DNA of 64,000 bases from Dehalococcoidia bacterium (GTDB taxonomy: Bacteria; Chloroflexota; Dehalococcoidia; Lucifugimonadales; UBA3495). This document shows positions 46,254-54,516 of the stretch, one piece after another. The notes under the pieces were generated by a model, which saw nothing but the letters and a program-made list of their open reading frames with translations, had not been told where the DNA came from and made no database searches. Made by a program: the position numbers and the translations under genes. Every line of letters starts with the position of its first letter. Positions within the stretch are counted from its first letter, which is position 1. The stretch spans positions 377,768 to 441,767 of the forward strand of contig CBDCEX010000017.1 of the NCBI GenBank assembly GCA_965216025.1. Reading direction: 5' to 3'.

Positions 46254-46279
46254 AGTTGCCTAAGGACAGTTAAAGGCCC

Positions 46280-48277
46280 TTACCCGCTCAGGGTTTTTTC
46301 CTCGCCGACCAGCAGGCGGCGCAGCTCGTACATTTCGTCGCGGAGTTGGGCGGCCTTCTCGAACTGCAGATCGTGGGCCGCGTCCTTCATCTGCGCCTCC
46401 AGGTCCTTGACCACCCGGAACATGTCGTCGCGGGACAGCTGCTGGCGCATCACCCGGTAGCTAGAACGGGTCTCGGCAACGGCCTTGATCCCCTCGGTGA
46501 TATCGTGGACCTCTTTCTGGATGCTCTGGGGCTCGATGCCGTGCTCCCGGTTATGGGTATCCTGGATGGCGCGGCGGCGGTAGGTCTCGTCAATGGCCCG
46601 CTTCATGGAGTCGGTGACCCGGTCGGCGTACATGATGACGTGGCCGCTGGCGTGGCGCGCCGCCCGGCCGACGGTCTGGATTAGCGAGGTGGTCGAGCGC
46701 AGGTACCCCTCCTTGTCTGCGTCCAGGATGGCCACCAGGCTCACCTCGGGCAGGTCCAAGCCCTCCCGCAGCAAGTTGATGCCGACGATAACGTCATAGA
46801 CACCCAGCCGCAGGTCCCGCAGGATCTCGATGCGGTCCAGGGTCTGGATGTCCGAGTGCAGGTAGTGGTTGCGGACGCCCATCTCCGACAGGTAGTCGGC
46901 CAGCTCCTCGGCCATCCGCTTGGTCAGAGTGGTGACCAGGCAACGATGCCCCTCGTCGACCCGCAGCTTGATCTGATGGACCAAGTCGTCGATCTGTCCG
47001 GTGGTGGGCTTGACCTCGATGGTCGGGTCCAGCAGACCGGTGGGGCGAATCACCTGCTCCACCACCAAGGGACTGTGCTCCATCTCGTAAGGCCCGGGGG
47101 TGGCGGAAACGAACACTATCTGGTTGATGTGCGTCTCGAACTCACCGAAGTTGAGGGGACGGTTGTCCAGCGCCGAAGGCAGGCGAAAGCCGTAGTCCAC
47201 CAGGGTCTGCTTGCGGGAGATGTCGCCGCGATACATGCCCCGTATCTGCGGCAGGGTCATGTGGGACTCGTCCACAAACAGCAGGTAGTCCTCGGGGAAG
47301 TAATCCAGCAGCGTCCAGGGAGCCGTGCCCGGACCGCGGCGGGACAGGTGGCGGGCGTAGTTCTCCACTCCGGAGCAGAAGCCCGTCTCCTGGAGCATTT
47401 CCACGTCGTAGTGGGTGCGGCTCTCCAGCCGGGCGGCCTCCAGTAGCTTGCCCTGATCCCGTAGCTCCTTCAGCCGCTCCTCCAGCTCGACGCCGATGTC
47501 GACGATGGCCAGCTCCAGCCGCTCTTTGGAGGTTACGAAGTGCTTGGCCGGGTAGATGGCCGCTTCCTCCAGCTGGTTCAGCAGCTCGCCGGTCAGCGGA
47601 TCCAGCTGGACGATGCGCTCCACCTCATCACCGAAAAACTGGATGCGTACCGCCACCTCTTCGTAGGCTGGCACTATCTCCAGCGTGTCGCCCCGGATGC
47701 GGAATTTTCCCCGCGCCAGCTCGTAATCGTTGCGCTCGTACTGCATGTCCACCAGCTGCCGCAACAGCCGTCCCCGGTCGCGAATCTCGCCGACTTTCAC
47801 GCTGGCCACCAGTTTGAAGTAATCTTCCGGATCGCCCAGGCCGTAGATGCATGACACCGATGCGACTATGAGCACGTCCCGCCTGGTCATCAGCGAGTAG
47901 GTGGCGGACAGGCGCAGTTTGTCCAGCTCCTCGTTGATACTGGCATCCTTCTCCACATAGGTGTCCGTCTGGGGGACGTAGGCTTCAGGCTGATAGTAAT
48001 CGTAGTAGGAGACGAAGTATTCGACGGCGTTTTGCGGGAAGAAATCCCGGAACTCGGAGGCCAACTGGGCGGCCAGAGTCTTGTTGTGGGCGATCACCAG
48101 GGTGGGCCGCTGCACCTCCTGGATGATGTTGGCCATGGTGAAGGTTTTGCCGCTGCCGGTGACGCCCATCAGCGTCTGCTGGTCAAGCCCTTCTCTGACA
48201 CCGTTGACCAACCGCTGGACCGCCCGGGGCTGGTCGCCGGTCATTTTAAAATCGGAAGCTAGGGCAAAATCGGGCAT
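46280..48277 (-). CDS. uvrB: Excinuclease ABC subunit B
   Basis: 665 aa with [19 protein letters not shown], and the C-terminal UVR domain [15 protein letters not shown]. Confidence 0.95.
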   Translation of the reverse strand: MPDFALASDFKMTGDQPRAVQRLVNGVREGLDQQTLMGVTGSGKTFTMANIIQEVQRPTLVIAHNKTLAAQLASEFRDFFPQNAVEYFVSYYDYYQPEAYVPQTDTYVEKDASINEELDKLRLSATYSLMTRRDVLIVASVSCIYGLGDPEDYFKLVASVKVGEIRDRGRLLRQLVDMQYERNDYELARGKFRIRGDTLEIVPAYEEVAVRIQFFGDEVERIVQLDPLTGELLNQLEEAAIYPAKHFVTSKERLELAIVDIGVELEERLKELRDQGKLLEAARLESRTHYDVEMLQETGFCSGVENYARHLSRRGPGTAPWTLLDYFPEDYLLFVDESHMTLPQIRGMYRGDISRKQTLVDYGFRLPSALDNRPLNFGEFETHINQIVFVSATPGPYEMEHSPLVVEQVIRPTGLLDPTIEVKPTTGQIDDLVHQIKLRVDEGHRCLVTTLTKRMAEELADYLSEMGVRNHYLHSDIQTLDRIEILRDLRLGVYDVIVGINLLREGLDLPEVSLVAILDADKEGYLRSTTSLIQTVGRAARHASGHVIMYADRVTDSMKRAIDETYRRRAIQDTHNREHGIEPQSIQKEVHDITEGIKAVAETRSSYRVMRQQLSRDDMFRVVKDLEAQMKDAAHDLQFEKAAQLRDEMYELRRLLVGEEKTLSG

Positions 48278-48386
48278 TAGTTAACCTTATAGGGGAAGAA
48301 ATTCGTGTGTAACCCCAGGAGACCGGTATGAAACCCTTTCGGGTACCTGGCATGTTACCCTGAGCGAAGCGAAGGGTCTAAAATTC

Positions 48387-48677
48387 TTAACAGCTGTACC
48401 ATTCAAGTGACAGGTCCCGCCACTGATCATTGAATACGTCTATGAGAGCCATCTTCCTATCCCTGCGCCAGCCCTTCAATTGCTTTTCCCTGACCCGGGC
48501 GGCCTCGACACTGCTCGTGGTTTCATAATATACGAGGTACGTGATGTTGTATTTCTTGGTGAATCCATTTTTGAGCTTTTGCTTATGCTCGTACACTCGC
48601 CGTACGAAGTCGTTGGTAACACCGATGTAGAGGGTTCTGGCACCGTTGGTCATGATGTAGACGTAATACTCACGCAT
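48387..48677 (-). CDS. GIY-YIG nuclease family protein (small, stand-alone)
   Basis: 96 aa with YYVYIMTN...LYIGVTNDFVRRVYEHK...REKQLKGWRR. Confidence 0.8.
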   Translation of the reverse strand: MREYYVYIMTNGARTLYIGVTNDFVRRVYEHKQKLKNGFTKKYNITYLVYYETTSSVEAARVREKQLKGWRRDRKMALIDVFNDQWRDLSLEWYSC

Positions 48678-48775
48678 GAGGATTTGTCGTGGGGGACATT
48701 AGATTCTTCGTCGCTGCGCTCCTCAGAAAAACATTCCCTACAGATTTCCATTTAAGATCTCCGTCCAGTGAACCC

Positions 48776-48964
48776 TCAACTGGACAACTCAAACCGAGCA
48801 CGGACCTCTTTCACATCAATCGTCCGACCAGCTTCACCATCCTCAAGCCCAGCTTCGATCGCCTGTCGAACATAAATCTGGTACATCAGGTCATCCCAAG
48901 TCGAATCTTCAGGCAGATTCTCGACTATTTTGTGAGCTTCCTGTTTGATGTTTCGGATTGGCAT
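48776..48964 (-). CDS. Small hypothetical protein, antitoxin-like
   Basis: 62 aa with LPEDSTWDDLMYQIYVRQAIEAGLEDGEAGRTIDVKEV. Resembles small orphan antitoxin-type proteins, from memory only. Confidence 0.4.
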   Translation of the reverse strand: MPIRNIKQEAHKIVENLPEDSTWDDLMYQIYVRQAIEAGLEDGEAGRTIDVKEVRARFELSS

Positions 48965-49050
48965 GTTACCACTCTGATGTTTGTTCGCTGCCCGATCAAA
49001 GGGAGTATCAAGACTCTTCCAACTTTTTCTTAAGCTATCACCAAAGATAT

Positions 49051-49629
49051 TTAACTTCCAAACTGCTGCAAGGCCAGGCGAATGCGGTCCTCGACTGTCA
49101 GGTCGGGAGAGCGGTCCAGGCCGTTAACCGCCTGGCGGGCTTCGCTGGCGGAGTAGCCCAGGGCCGTGAGCGCGGCGACAACCTCGGCATCGCTGGCGGG
49201 AGAGAGGGCGGCGGCAGCTGGGAAATCCGATTCCAGTTTACCCTTCAGCTCCAACACCAGGCGGCCGGCGGTGCGCCGGCCCACGCCGGTTACTGTGCTG
49301 AGGGCGGCCACGTCGCCGCCGGCTATTGCCTGTTGAACCCCCGCAACGCCCAGGCTGGAGATGAGCGCCAAGGACATACGTGGCCCGACGCCGGATACTG
49401 CCAACAAGACTTGGAAAAGCTCCAGGGCCGGGGAGTCGGGAAACCCGTATAACACGGGTTGGTCGTCGCGGATTCGCAGATGGGTGAACAGGCGAGCCTG
49501 GCTACCGGTGGGCCCCAACTCGCCGATAGCGGACGCTGGAACCGACACTTGCAGGGTGACGCCCCCAATTCGGAGGTGCACCCAATCCGGGCCGGTGGCT
49601 TCGAGGATACCCTGAATGCCTACTATCAC
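49051..49629 (-). CDS. ruvA: Holliday junction DNA helicase RuvA
   Basis: 192 aa with LFQVLLAVSGVGPRMSLALIS and VTGVGRRTAGRLVLELK helix-hairpin-helix motifs. Confidence 0.9.
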   Translation of the reverse strand: MIVGIQGILEATGPDWVHLRIGGVTLQVSVPASAIGELGPTGSQARLFTHLRIRDDQPVLYGFPDSPALELFQVLLAVSGVGPRMSLALISSLGVAGVQQAIAGGDVAALSTVTGVGRRTAGRLVLELKGKLESDFPAAAALSPASDAEVVAALTALGYSASEARQAVNGLDRSPDLTVEDRIRLALQQFGS

Positions 49630-49632
49630 CCA

Positions 49633-50154
49633 CTATCGTTCCTGACCAGGCGGTATTTCCCGGGCCAGAGCGCTTTCGGCCCGGCTGTGGTTCAGGTGGC
49701 ACAGGCCCACGGAAAGGGCGTCGGCGGCGTCGGACTCGGGCATCTGCTTCAGGTCCAGCATGGCCAGTACAGTCTCCTGTACCTGGGCTTTGGTGGCGGC
49801 GCCGTAGTCTGTTATGGCATGCTTTATTTGGGCGGGGGAGTACCGGTAAACCGGCAGCCCCTGACCGGCGGCTCCAATCAGCACCAGTCCCTGGGCCTGC
49901 CCCACGGCGATGGCGGGTCCCGCGAAACGGCGCTCTCCCCTGCCCACAAAGGGCTCCTCCACCGCCACGGCGTCGGGAGAAAAAATGTGGATCAGGTTAA
50001 GGACGTGGGTGTAGAGCTGGTACAGGCGTTGCTCCAGGGGCATGGACTGGCTCAGCCCAATTACCCCGTAATCTTCTGCCCGTGGTTGGGGTCCGCCCTC
50101 GATTACCCCGTAGCCCATTCGGACTGTGCCCGGGTCTATGCCTAATACCAGCAT
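49633..50154 (-). CDS. ruvC: Crossover junction endodeoxyribonuclease RuvC
   Basis: ORF 49633..50169. Start placed at MLVLGIDPG. Sequence AVEEPFV...DAADALSVGLCH. Confidence 0.9.
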   Translation of the reverse strand: MLVLGIDPGTVRMGYGVIEGGPQPRAEDYGVIGLSQSMPLEQRLYQLYTHVLNLIHIFSPDAVAVEEPFVGRGERRFAGPAIAVGQAQGLVLIGAAGQGLPVYRYSPAQIKHAITDYGAATKAQVQETVLAMLDLKQMPESDAADALSVGLCHLNHSRAESALAREIPPGQER

Positions 50155-50208
50155 GTAATACTCACTCAATTAATACTACTGAGACTTCAATCAAGAGCTA
50201 AACTTGTA

Positions 50209-50255
50209 CGATCCAAATTCCCCTCAGTCCCCCCTTTAAAAAGGGGGATTTCCTC
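50209..50255. repeat. Family-2 palindromic repeat
   Basis: gatccaaattcccctcagtcccccctttaaaaagggggatttcc. Confidence 0.7.
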
Positions 50256-50304
50256 AAAAGGCAGCCCCATCCGTGGTTGGCTGATGATTCAAGGATCATC
50301 AGAT

Positions 50305-51069
50305 CTAGGAAATAGCTTGATATTGCTCCAAAACTTCCGGTGGGAAGTCCGCGTTGGTAAAGGCCTTCTGTACGTCGGCCAGGTCCTCCAGGTTATCCAG
50401 CAGCCGCAGGGTCTGCTCCGCGGGTTTTCCTTCCAGGGCTATCGTGGTCTTGGGAACCAAAGAGATGTCCGAGGATGCGAAGGTTGCCCCTTCCGCCGAC
50501 AGAGCTTTCTGCACCGCCGGCAGATTTTCCGGCGCGGTGTGCACCTCCAGGACGCCATCCTCGTATTTAATATCTTCGGCCTCTAATTCGATGGCGATCA
50601 GGCTCAGCTCCTCAGCACGCTCCGCATCGTCGGTTTCCACGGTGAGGACTCCCTTGGTTTCGAAGTTCCAGGCAACGCAGCCGGTCTCCCCCAAATTCCC
50701 TCCACCCTTGCTGAAAGTGGAGCGTACGTCGGAGGCGGTGCGGTTTCGGTTGTTGGTCAAGACTTGCAGCAGGATGGCGCCGCCGCCGGGCCCGTACCCT
50801 TCGTAGATAACCTCATCAAGGGCCTCCACGCCTTCCCCGCTTTCGCCGGTGGCCCGCTTGATGGCCCGGATAATATTGTCCATTGGCATGTTGTTGCTGC
50901 GGGCCTTGTCCACCGCCAGTCGGAGCCGGAAGTTCATGTCGGGGTCGCCACCGCCCTGCTGCACCGCCAGTGCTATGTCTCGGGACAGCTTGGTGAAAAG
51001 GGCCCCCCGCTTTACGTCGGTGGCACCCTTGGCACGCTTGATGGTTGACCACTTGGAGTGACCTGACAT
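50305..51069 (-). CDS. YebC/PmpR-family transcriptional regulator
   Basis: 254 aa starting MSGHSKWSTIKRAKGATDVKRGALFTKL. Confidence 0.9.
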   Translation of the reverse strand: MSGHSKWSTIKRAKGATDVKRGALFTKLSRDIALAVQQGGGDPDMNFRLRLAVDKARSNNMPMDNIIRAIKRATGESGEGVEALDEVIYEGYGPGGGAILLQVLTNNRNRTASDVRSTFSKGGGNLGETGCVAWNFETKGVLTVETDDAERAEELSLIAIELEAEDIKYEDGVLEVHTAPENLPAVQKALSAEGATFASSDISLVPKTTIALEGKPAEQTLRLLDNLEDLADVQKAFTNADFPPEVLEQYQAIS

Positions 51070-51211
51070 AACCGAAGCCTCCTTAAAGAGGGTTACTAAC
51101 GAGGGTTAATGGACCATTGATTGGAAGGGCCACTGGAAGGGCCACGGCCATGAAAACGGTTGAGGGAATCCTCCCAGGTGGCCGAGAACCCGCCGGGAGA
51201 AGCGTTCTATT

Positions 51212-51305
51212 ATCATTGCGAGCCCTTCGGCTGCGCTCAGAATAAACTCCGCGAAGCAATCGGAGTCCCTGAAATTGCTTCGTCACTGACGCTCTTCGCA
51301 ATGAC
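51212..51305. repeat. MITE-like repeat, module B only
   Basis: atcattgcgag|cccttcggctgcgctcagaataaactccgcgaagcaatc ... attgcttcg ... cttcgcaatgac. Confidence 0.8.
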
Positions 51306-51365
51306 ATTTCACTCCCCATCTACAGAAAGTTTAGCATTGCGCAGGGGAGCCGGTCAAAACGGCTA

Positions 51366-52685
51366 GTACAGGTGGGTGTAAATAACCCGACAGATTTATG
51401 CGACCAACACCTTCCCTTGGTAAGTCCATTTGAATGGCTTTGCCATGGTCCGGTTGTAATAGTCGATGAAGTCCGACACCTTCTGTTTCAGATCGGTGAC
51501 CGATTTGAAGGACCCTCGCTGTAGCAGTTTCCGCACCAGAATGCTCAGCCAGATTTCCACCTGGTTCATCCATGACGTGTGCTTGGGGGTGTAGTGAAAC
51601 ACGATGCGGTGGCTGGGATCGCTGAGAAAGGCGGCCCGGGACTCTCGGTTCGCCAATATGCCCCACTTGCCCTTCTTACCCAACTCCAGTCCCAGCCCAG
51701 ACTCTCGGGCTACCCAGCGCACTAAAGATTCAGAACGGTGCGTGTCCAGGTTGTCCACCACAAAATGCCACCGCTGGGGCCGCCCTATCGCTGGCGGTCA
51801 CTGCCTCCACATGCTGTAGAAAGTCCGCCTCAGTCCGTCTGGGACCCCCATAGGGCTCAACAATCTGACCTGTCACCACATCCCGACTGATGATGAAGGA
51901 GCGAGTACCATGCCGGATGTACTCAAACTCCCGCCGTTCCACCTTCCCCGGCGCCAAGGGCAAACCAGGATGTTTGCGCTCCAGGGCCTGTACTCCGGTC
52001 AACTCATCAGTGCTCATCACTCGCTCCCCAGATTGGGCTAAGGCGGGAGCATCTCGGTACAGGTCGCAGATGTCAGTGACTTTGGCGTCATAGTTCTCGT
52101 CCTCCGAGGGTGTCAACCAATAGCGTATCCGGTGGGGTTTCAGGTCCCCCTTTCTAGCAGTCTGGCCGCATGGCGGGGGGAAATCCGTTCCACGATGCCT
52201 TGTTGGATGATCTCATCAGCCAATTCCCGGCTGGTCCACTGGCTGATTGGAAGACCGCCCTGGCTTGGGGCCTCACAAGCCAGGGACATGATCTGGCAAA
52301 CTTGCTCTGGGGTGATCCGGGCGGGAGCCCCGGGACGGGGCGCATCCCGCAACCTTTCTTCTATACTCAGGTCTTCCAGAATGGCTGCCTGTAGCCCCAG
52401 CCAGCGGTTGCGCCAGAACCGTACCGTATCCACATCCAGGCCCACTTCGCGGGCAAGCTGGCTGTTGTTCAGGCCAGCCGCGGCAGACAGAATGACTCTG
52501 CCTCGCCGGGCCAACTGCTGGGGGGGTGCTATATCGGCGCACCAGGGTTTCCAATCCTTGGTGTTCCTCTGAGGATAATTCCACCACAGGAGGTTTGGGT
52601 CCACGCATTCCACTCACCACCACACTTCATCTTTCCAGACTCAAGGCGCTTATTATACTACTCATGCTTGTCAGCCCACCTGTAC
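51366..52685 (-). mobile_element. IS630-family insertion sequence, second type (1320 bp), TA duplication
   Basis: Termini gtacaggtggg (51366-) and cccacctgtac (-52685). TA at 51364-51365 and 52686-52687. Confidence 0.85.
51396..52613 (-). pseudogene. IS630-family transposase split into three ORFs (at least two frame breaks)
   Basis: ORFs 52140..52613 (HTH), 51730..52116 (LKPHRIRYWL... continues in another frame) and 51396..51761 (VVDNLDTH...YTPKHTSWMNQVE). Confidence 0.8.
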
Positions 52686-53200
52686 TAGCGCATTCCTTCC
52701 AACAATTTTACGACTATAACCCCGGCGGACAGGTCGACTCGAAGAATGACTTGGGAGATGGCCGGTAACAGTAACTCCCGGCCATCCTTTTCGACTCGAT
52801 ATACATCGTTACTCCCGGTCTGGAGGATCTCCCGCAGGGTGCCCAGCTCCTCTCCTTCCTCGGTGCGGGCTTGTAGTCCCAGCAGCTGAAAGTGGAAGAA
52901 CTCTCCGGCGGATAGCTGAGGAGAATTTTGCGCAGGGGTGGTGAGCCATTGGCCGGATAGTCCCTCCGCCGCTGCCGGCGCCTCGATCCCCTCTAGCTTG
53001 AGAACCACCTGGTCTTTTTTGGCGGAGGAGGAGTCGGTTATCCGGTATGGAACCAGACCGATGTACAAATCCTGGCCGGGATCGAAACGGGTGGGGACAT
53101 CGGTGTAGGATTTTACTCGAATTTCTCCGGAGGTGCCATGGGAGCCGAGAACCCATCCTACGTTGACTGGCTCTAGGACCGGCTCTGGATTGTCTGGCAT
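52685..53200 (-). CDS. rimM: 16S rRNA processing protein RimM
   Basis: 171 aa with GWVLGSHGTSGEIRVKSYTDVPTRF and a PRC-barrel C-terminus. The stop codon overlaps the IS630 TA target. Confidence 0.85.
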   Translation of the reverse strand: MPDNPEPVLEPVNVGWVLGSHGTSGEIRVKSYTDVPTRFDPGQDLYIGLVPYRITDSSSAKKDQVVLKLEGIEAPAAAEGLSGQWLTTPAQNSPQLSAGEFFHFQLLGLQARTEEGEELGTLREILQTGSNDVYRVEKDGRELLLPAISQVILRVDLSAGVIVVKLLEGMR

Positions 53201-53267
53201 GAATCGAGGGTCGCTAAAGAGGGTTACTGTAAAGGGGCTAAATTCTTAGAGGTGGGGGCTGTTAAAA

Positions 53268-53498
53268 TCAAACGATTTCCAGCATGGCTCGGGTCCCGTC
53301 CTTCACCGCTGCCACCCGCAGCAGCAACCGCATAGCTTGAGCCACGCGTCCCTGCCGTCCTATTACTTTGCCCTTGTCTTCGGGAGCTACCTCCAAGCGA
53401 AGAATCACCTGGCCGTCCTCAAAGGTTTCGGTGACCACCACCGCGTCCGGATTGCTGGCAAGAGACTTGGCAATGAACTCAATCAGCTCTTTCATCAT
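53268..53498 (-). CDS. KH-domain RNA-binding protein (YlqC/UPF0109)
   Basis: 76 aa with KGKVIGRQGRVAQAMRLLL. Sits between rpsP and rimM, as is common. Confidence 0.85.
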   Translation of the reverse strand: MMKELIEFIAKSLASNPDAVVVTETFEDGQVILRLEVAPEDKGKVIGRQGRVAQAMRLLLRVAAVKDGTRAMLEIV

Positions 53499-53539
53499 TC
53501 AACTCGTTCGCCCGGCAAGCCGCTTATCCGGCAACTCTT

Positions 53540-53860
53540 TTATCCAACCGCTGGTTCATCCACTTGTTCAGCCGCTGGTTCGTCCGCTGGTTCCTCAACC
53601 GGTTCCGCCGCATGGCTCTTCTCGATGATTCCGTTCCATTCGAAAATGCGCTTGACGGCATCCGAAGGTTGAGCCCCTTGCTTCAGCCAAGCAATTGCTC
53701 GCTCCTCCTTCAGGGTGATGGCCGGAGGGTCCACCATGGGGTCGTATTGACCGATCCACTCCACGTAGGCTCCGTCCCTAGGCGCCTTGGAGTCGGCGAC
53801 CACGATGCGATATGACGGTTTCCCCTTCTTCCCTACCCTTCTAAGCCGAATTCTTAGCAT
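53540..53860 (-). CDS. rpsP: 30S ribosomal protein S16 with an acidic C-terminal tail
   Basis: MLRIRLRRVGKKGKPSYRIVVADSKAPRDG...; the tail is AEPVEEPADEPAAEQVDEPAVG. Confidence 0.9.
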   Translation of the reverse strand: MLRIRLRRVGKKGKPSYRIVVADSKAPRDGAYVEWIGQYDPMVDPPAITLKEERAIAWLKQGAQPSDAVKRIFEWNGIIEKSHAAEPVEEPADEPAAEQVDEPAVG

Positions 53861-54223
53861 CTAGTCTCTAAACCTTCCTCTAGTTTGTGCTTCTTAACCC
53901 CAGATTTTAAGTGGATTGTGTTCCCTTGTCAATCGTTCCGACTAGCTTCAAACCGATGCCTGAATCGCTTTGGCGGCCCAATTGGCCGGTCATCCATACC
54001 TACCGTCCCTAGTGGGATTTGCCCGGGTTCTCCCGGCCGATCAGGTCCTAACCCAGGGCAAAAACAAACCCCTCAGCCGCTACTGAAGCTCCCTGACTCC
54101 AGCACTGGGGGTTGACTCGCCCCCGTAGACTCTCTACCTGGGAGGAACGGGCTCAGGGGAGAAAAGGGTCGGGCCCAGACATTCTGGTTAGGGACACCGC
54201 CTTTAAGATACGCTGAGTATCAG

Positions 54224-54340
54224 GGGCGATGGTAGACATTAGCCTGGGCCCGACTGACGGGTTCTCTCGTATGTTAGTTGGCTAAAGTTAGCGAGTGGTC
54301 ACCCCGTCGTGTCCAGACAGATGCCTACCATCGCCCCTGC
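54224..54340. other. Long imperfect inverted repeat (30-bp arms, about 57-nt loop) in the large rpsP-fmt intergenic region; candidate structured RNA or degenerate MITE
   Basis: aggggcgatggtagacattagcctgggccc (54224-54253) pairs with gtgtccagacagatgcctaccatcgcccct (54311-54340). 14-bp perfect core. Confidence 0.5.
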
Positions 54341-54516
54341 GTGTTAAACTATCTTCCATGCTCTATCACCTCCTTCATCCAAAATTCCGCCCTGCGGTAA
54401 CACTATTTTAGCAAGTTAGCCGTTTTAGTGTCAAGATAAATCCAGCCCCACTGTCGCGGTTGGATGGCTTTTCTGGCAAGCTTCTGCTCCGGGCTCTTAT
54501 AATTCCAGGAGGTATA

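Noticed and set aside
50281-50302. The perfect hairpin ctgatgat-tcaagg-atcatcag, just downstream of the yebC-family gene, as a rho-independent terminator.
   Set aside because: No U-tract follows it on the relevant (minus) strand. It may still be a processing or pause structure, but I cannot support a terminator call.
53540-53640. Repetitive acidic C-terminal tail of ribosomal protein S16 (EPVEEPADEPAAEQVDEPA), considered as a possible fused domain.
   Set aside because: It is short, low-complexity acidic sequence. Extensions of this kind occur on S16 in various bacteria, and there is no evidence of a separate function.
53861-54516. Possible tmRNA, RNase P RNA, SRP RNA or 6S RNA in the rpsP-fmt gap. 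On the minus strand the segment begins GGGGCGATGG...GACACGACGGGG, and the plus strand has gggaggaacgggctc.
   Set aside because: There is no T-arm-like GGTTCGAnTCC with a 3' CCA context and no tag reading frame ending in ..AA-stop. There is no GAGGAAAGTCCGGGC-type P4 motif and no SRP domain IV motif. The GGGGCGATGG segment pairs with a nearby 30-nt inverted copy rather than with a distant 3' end. I kept it only as an unclassified structured region.
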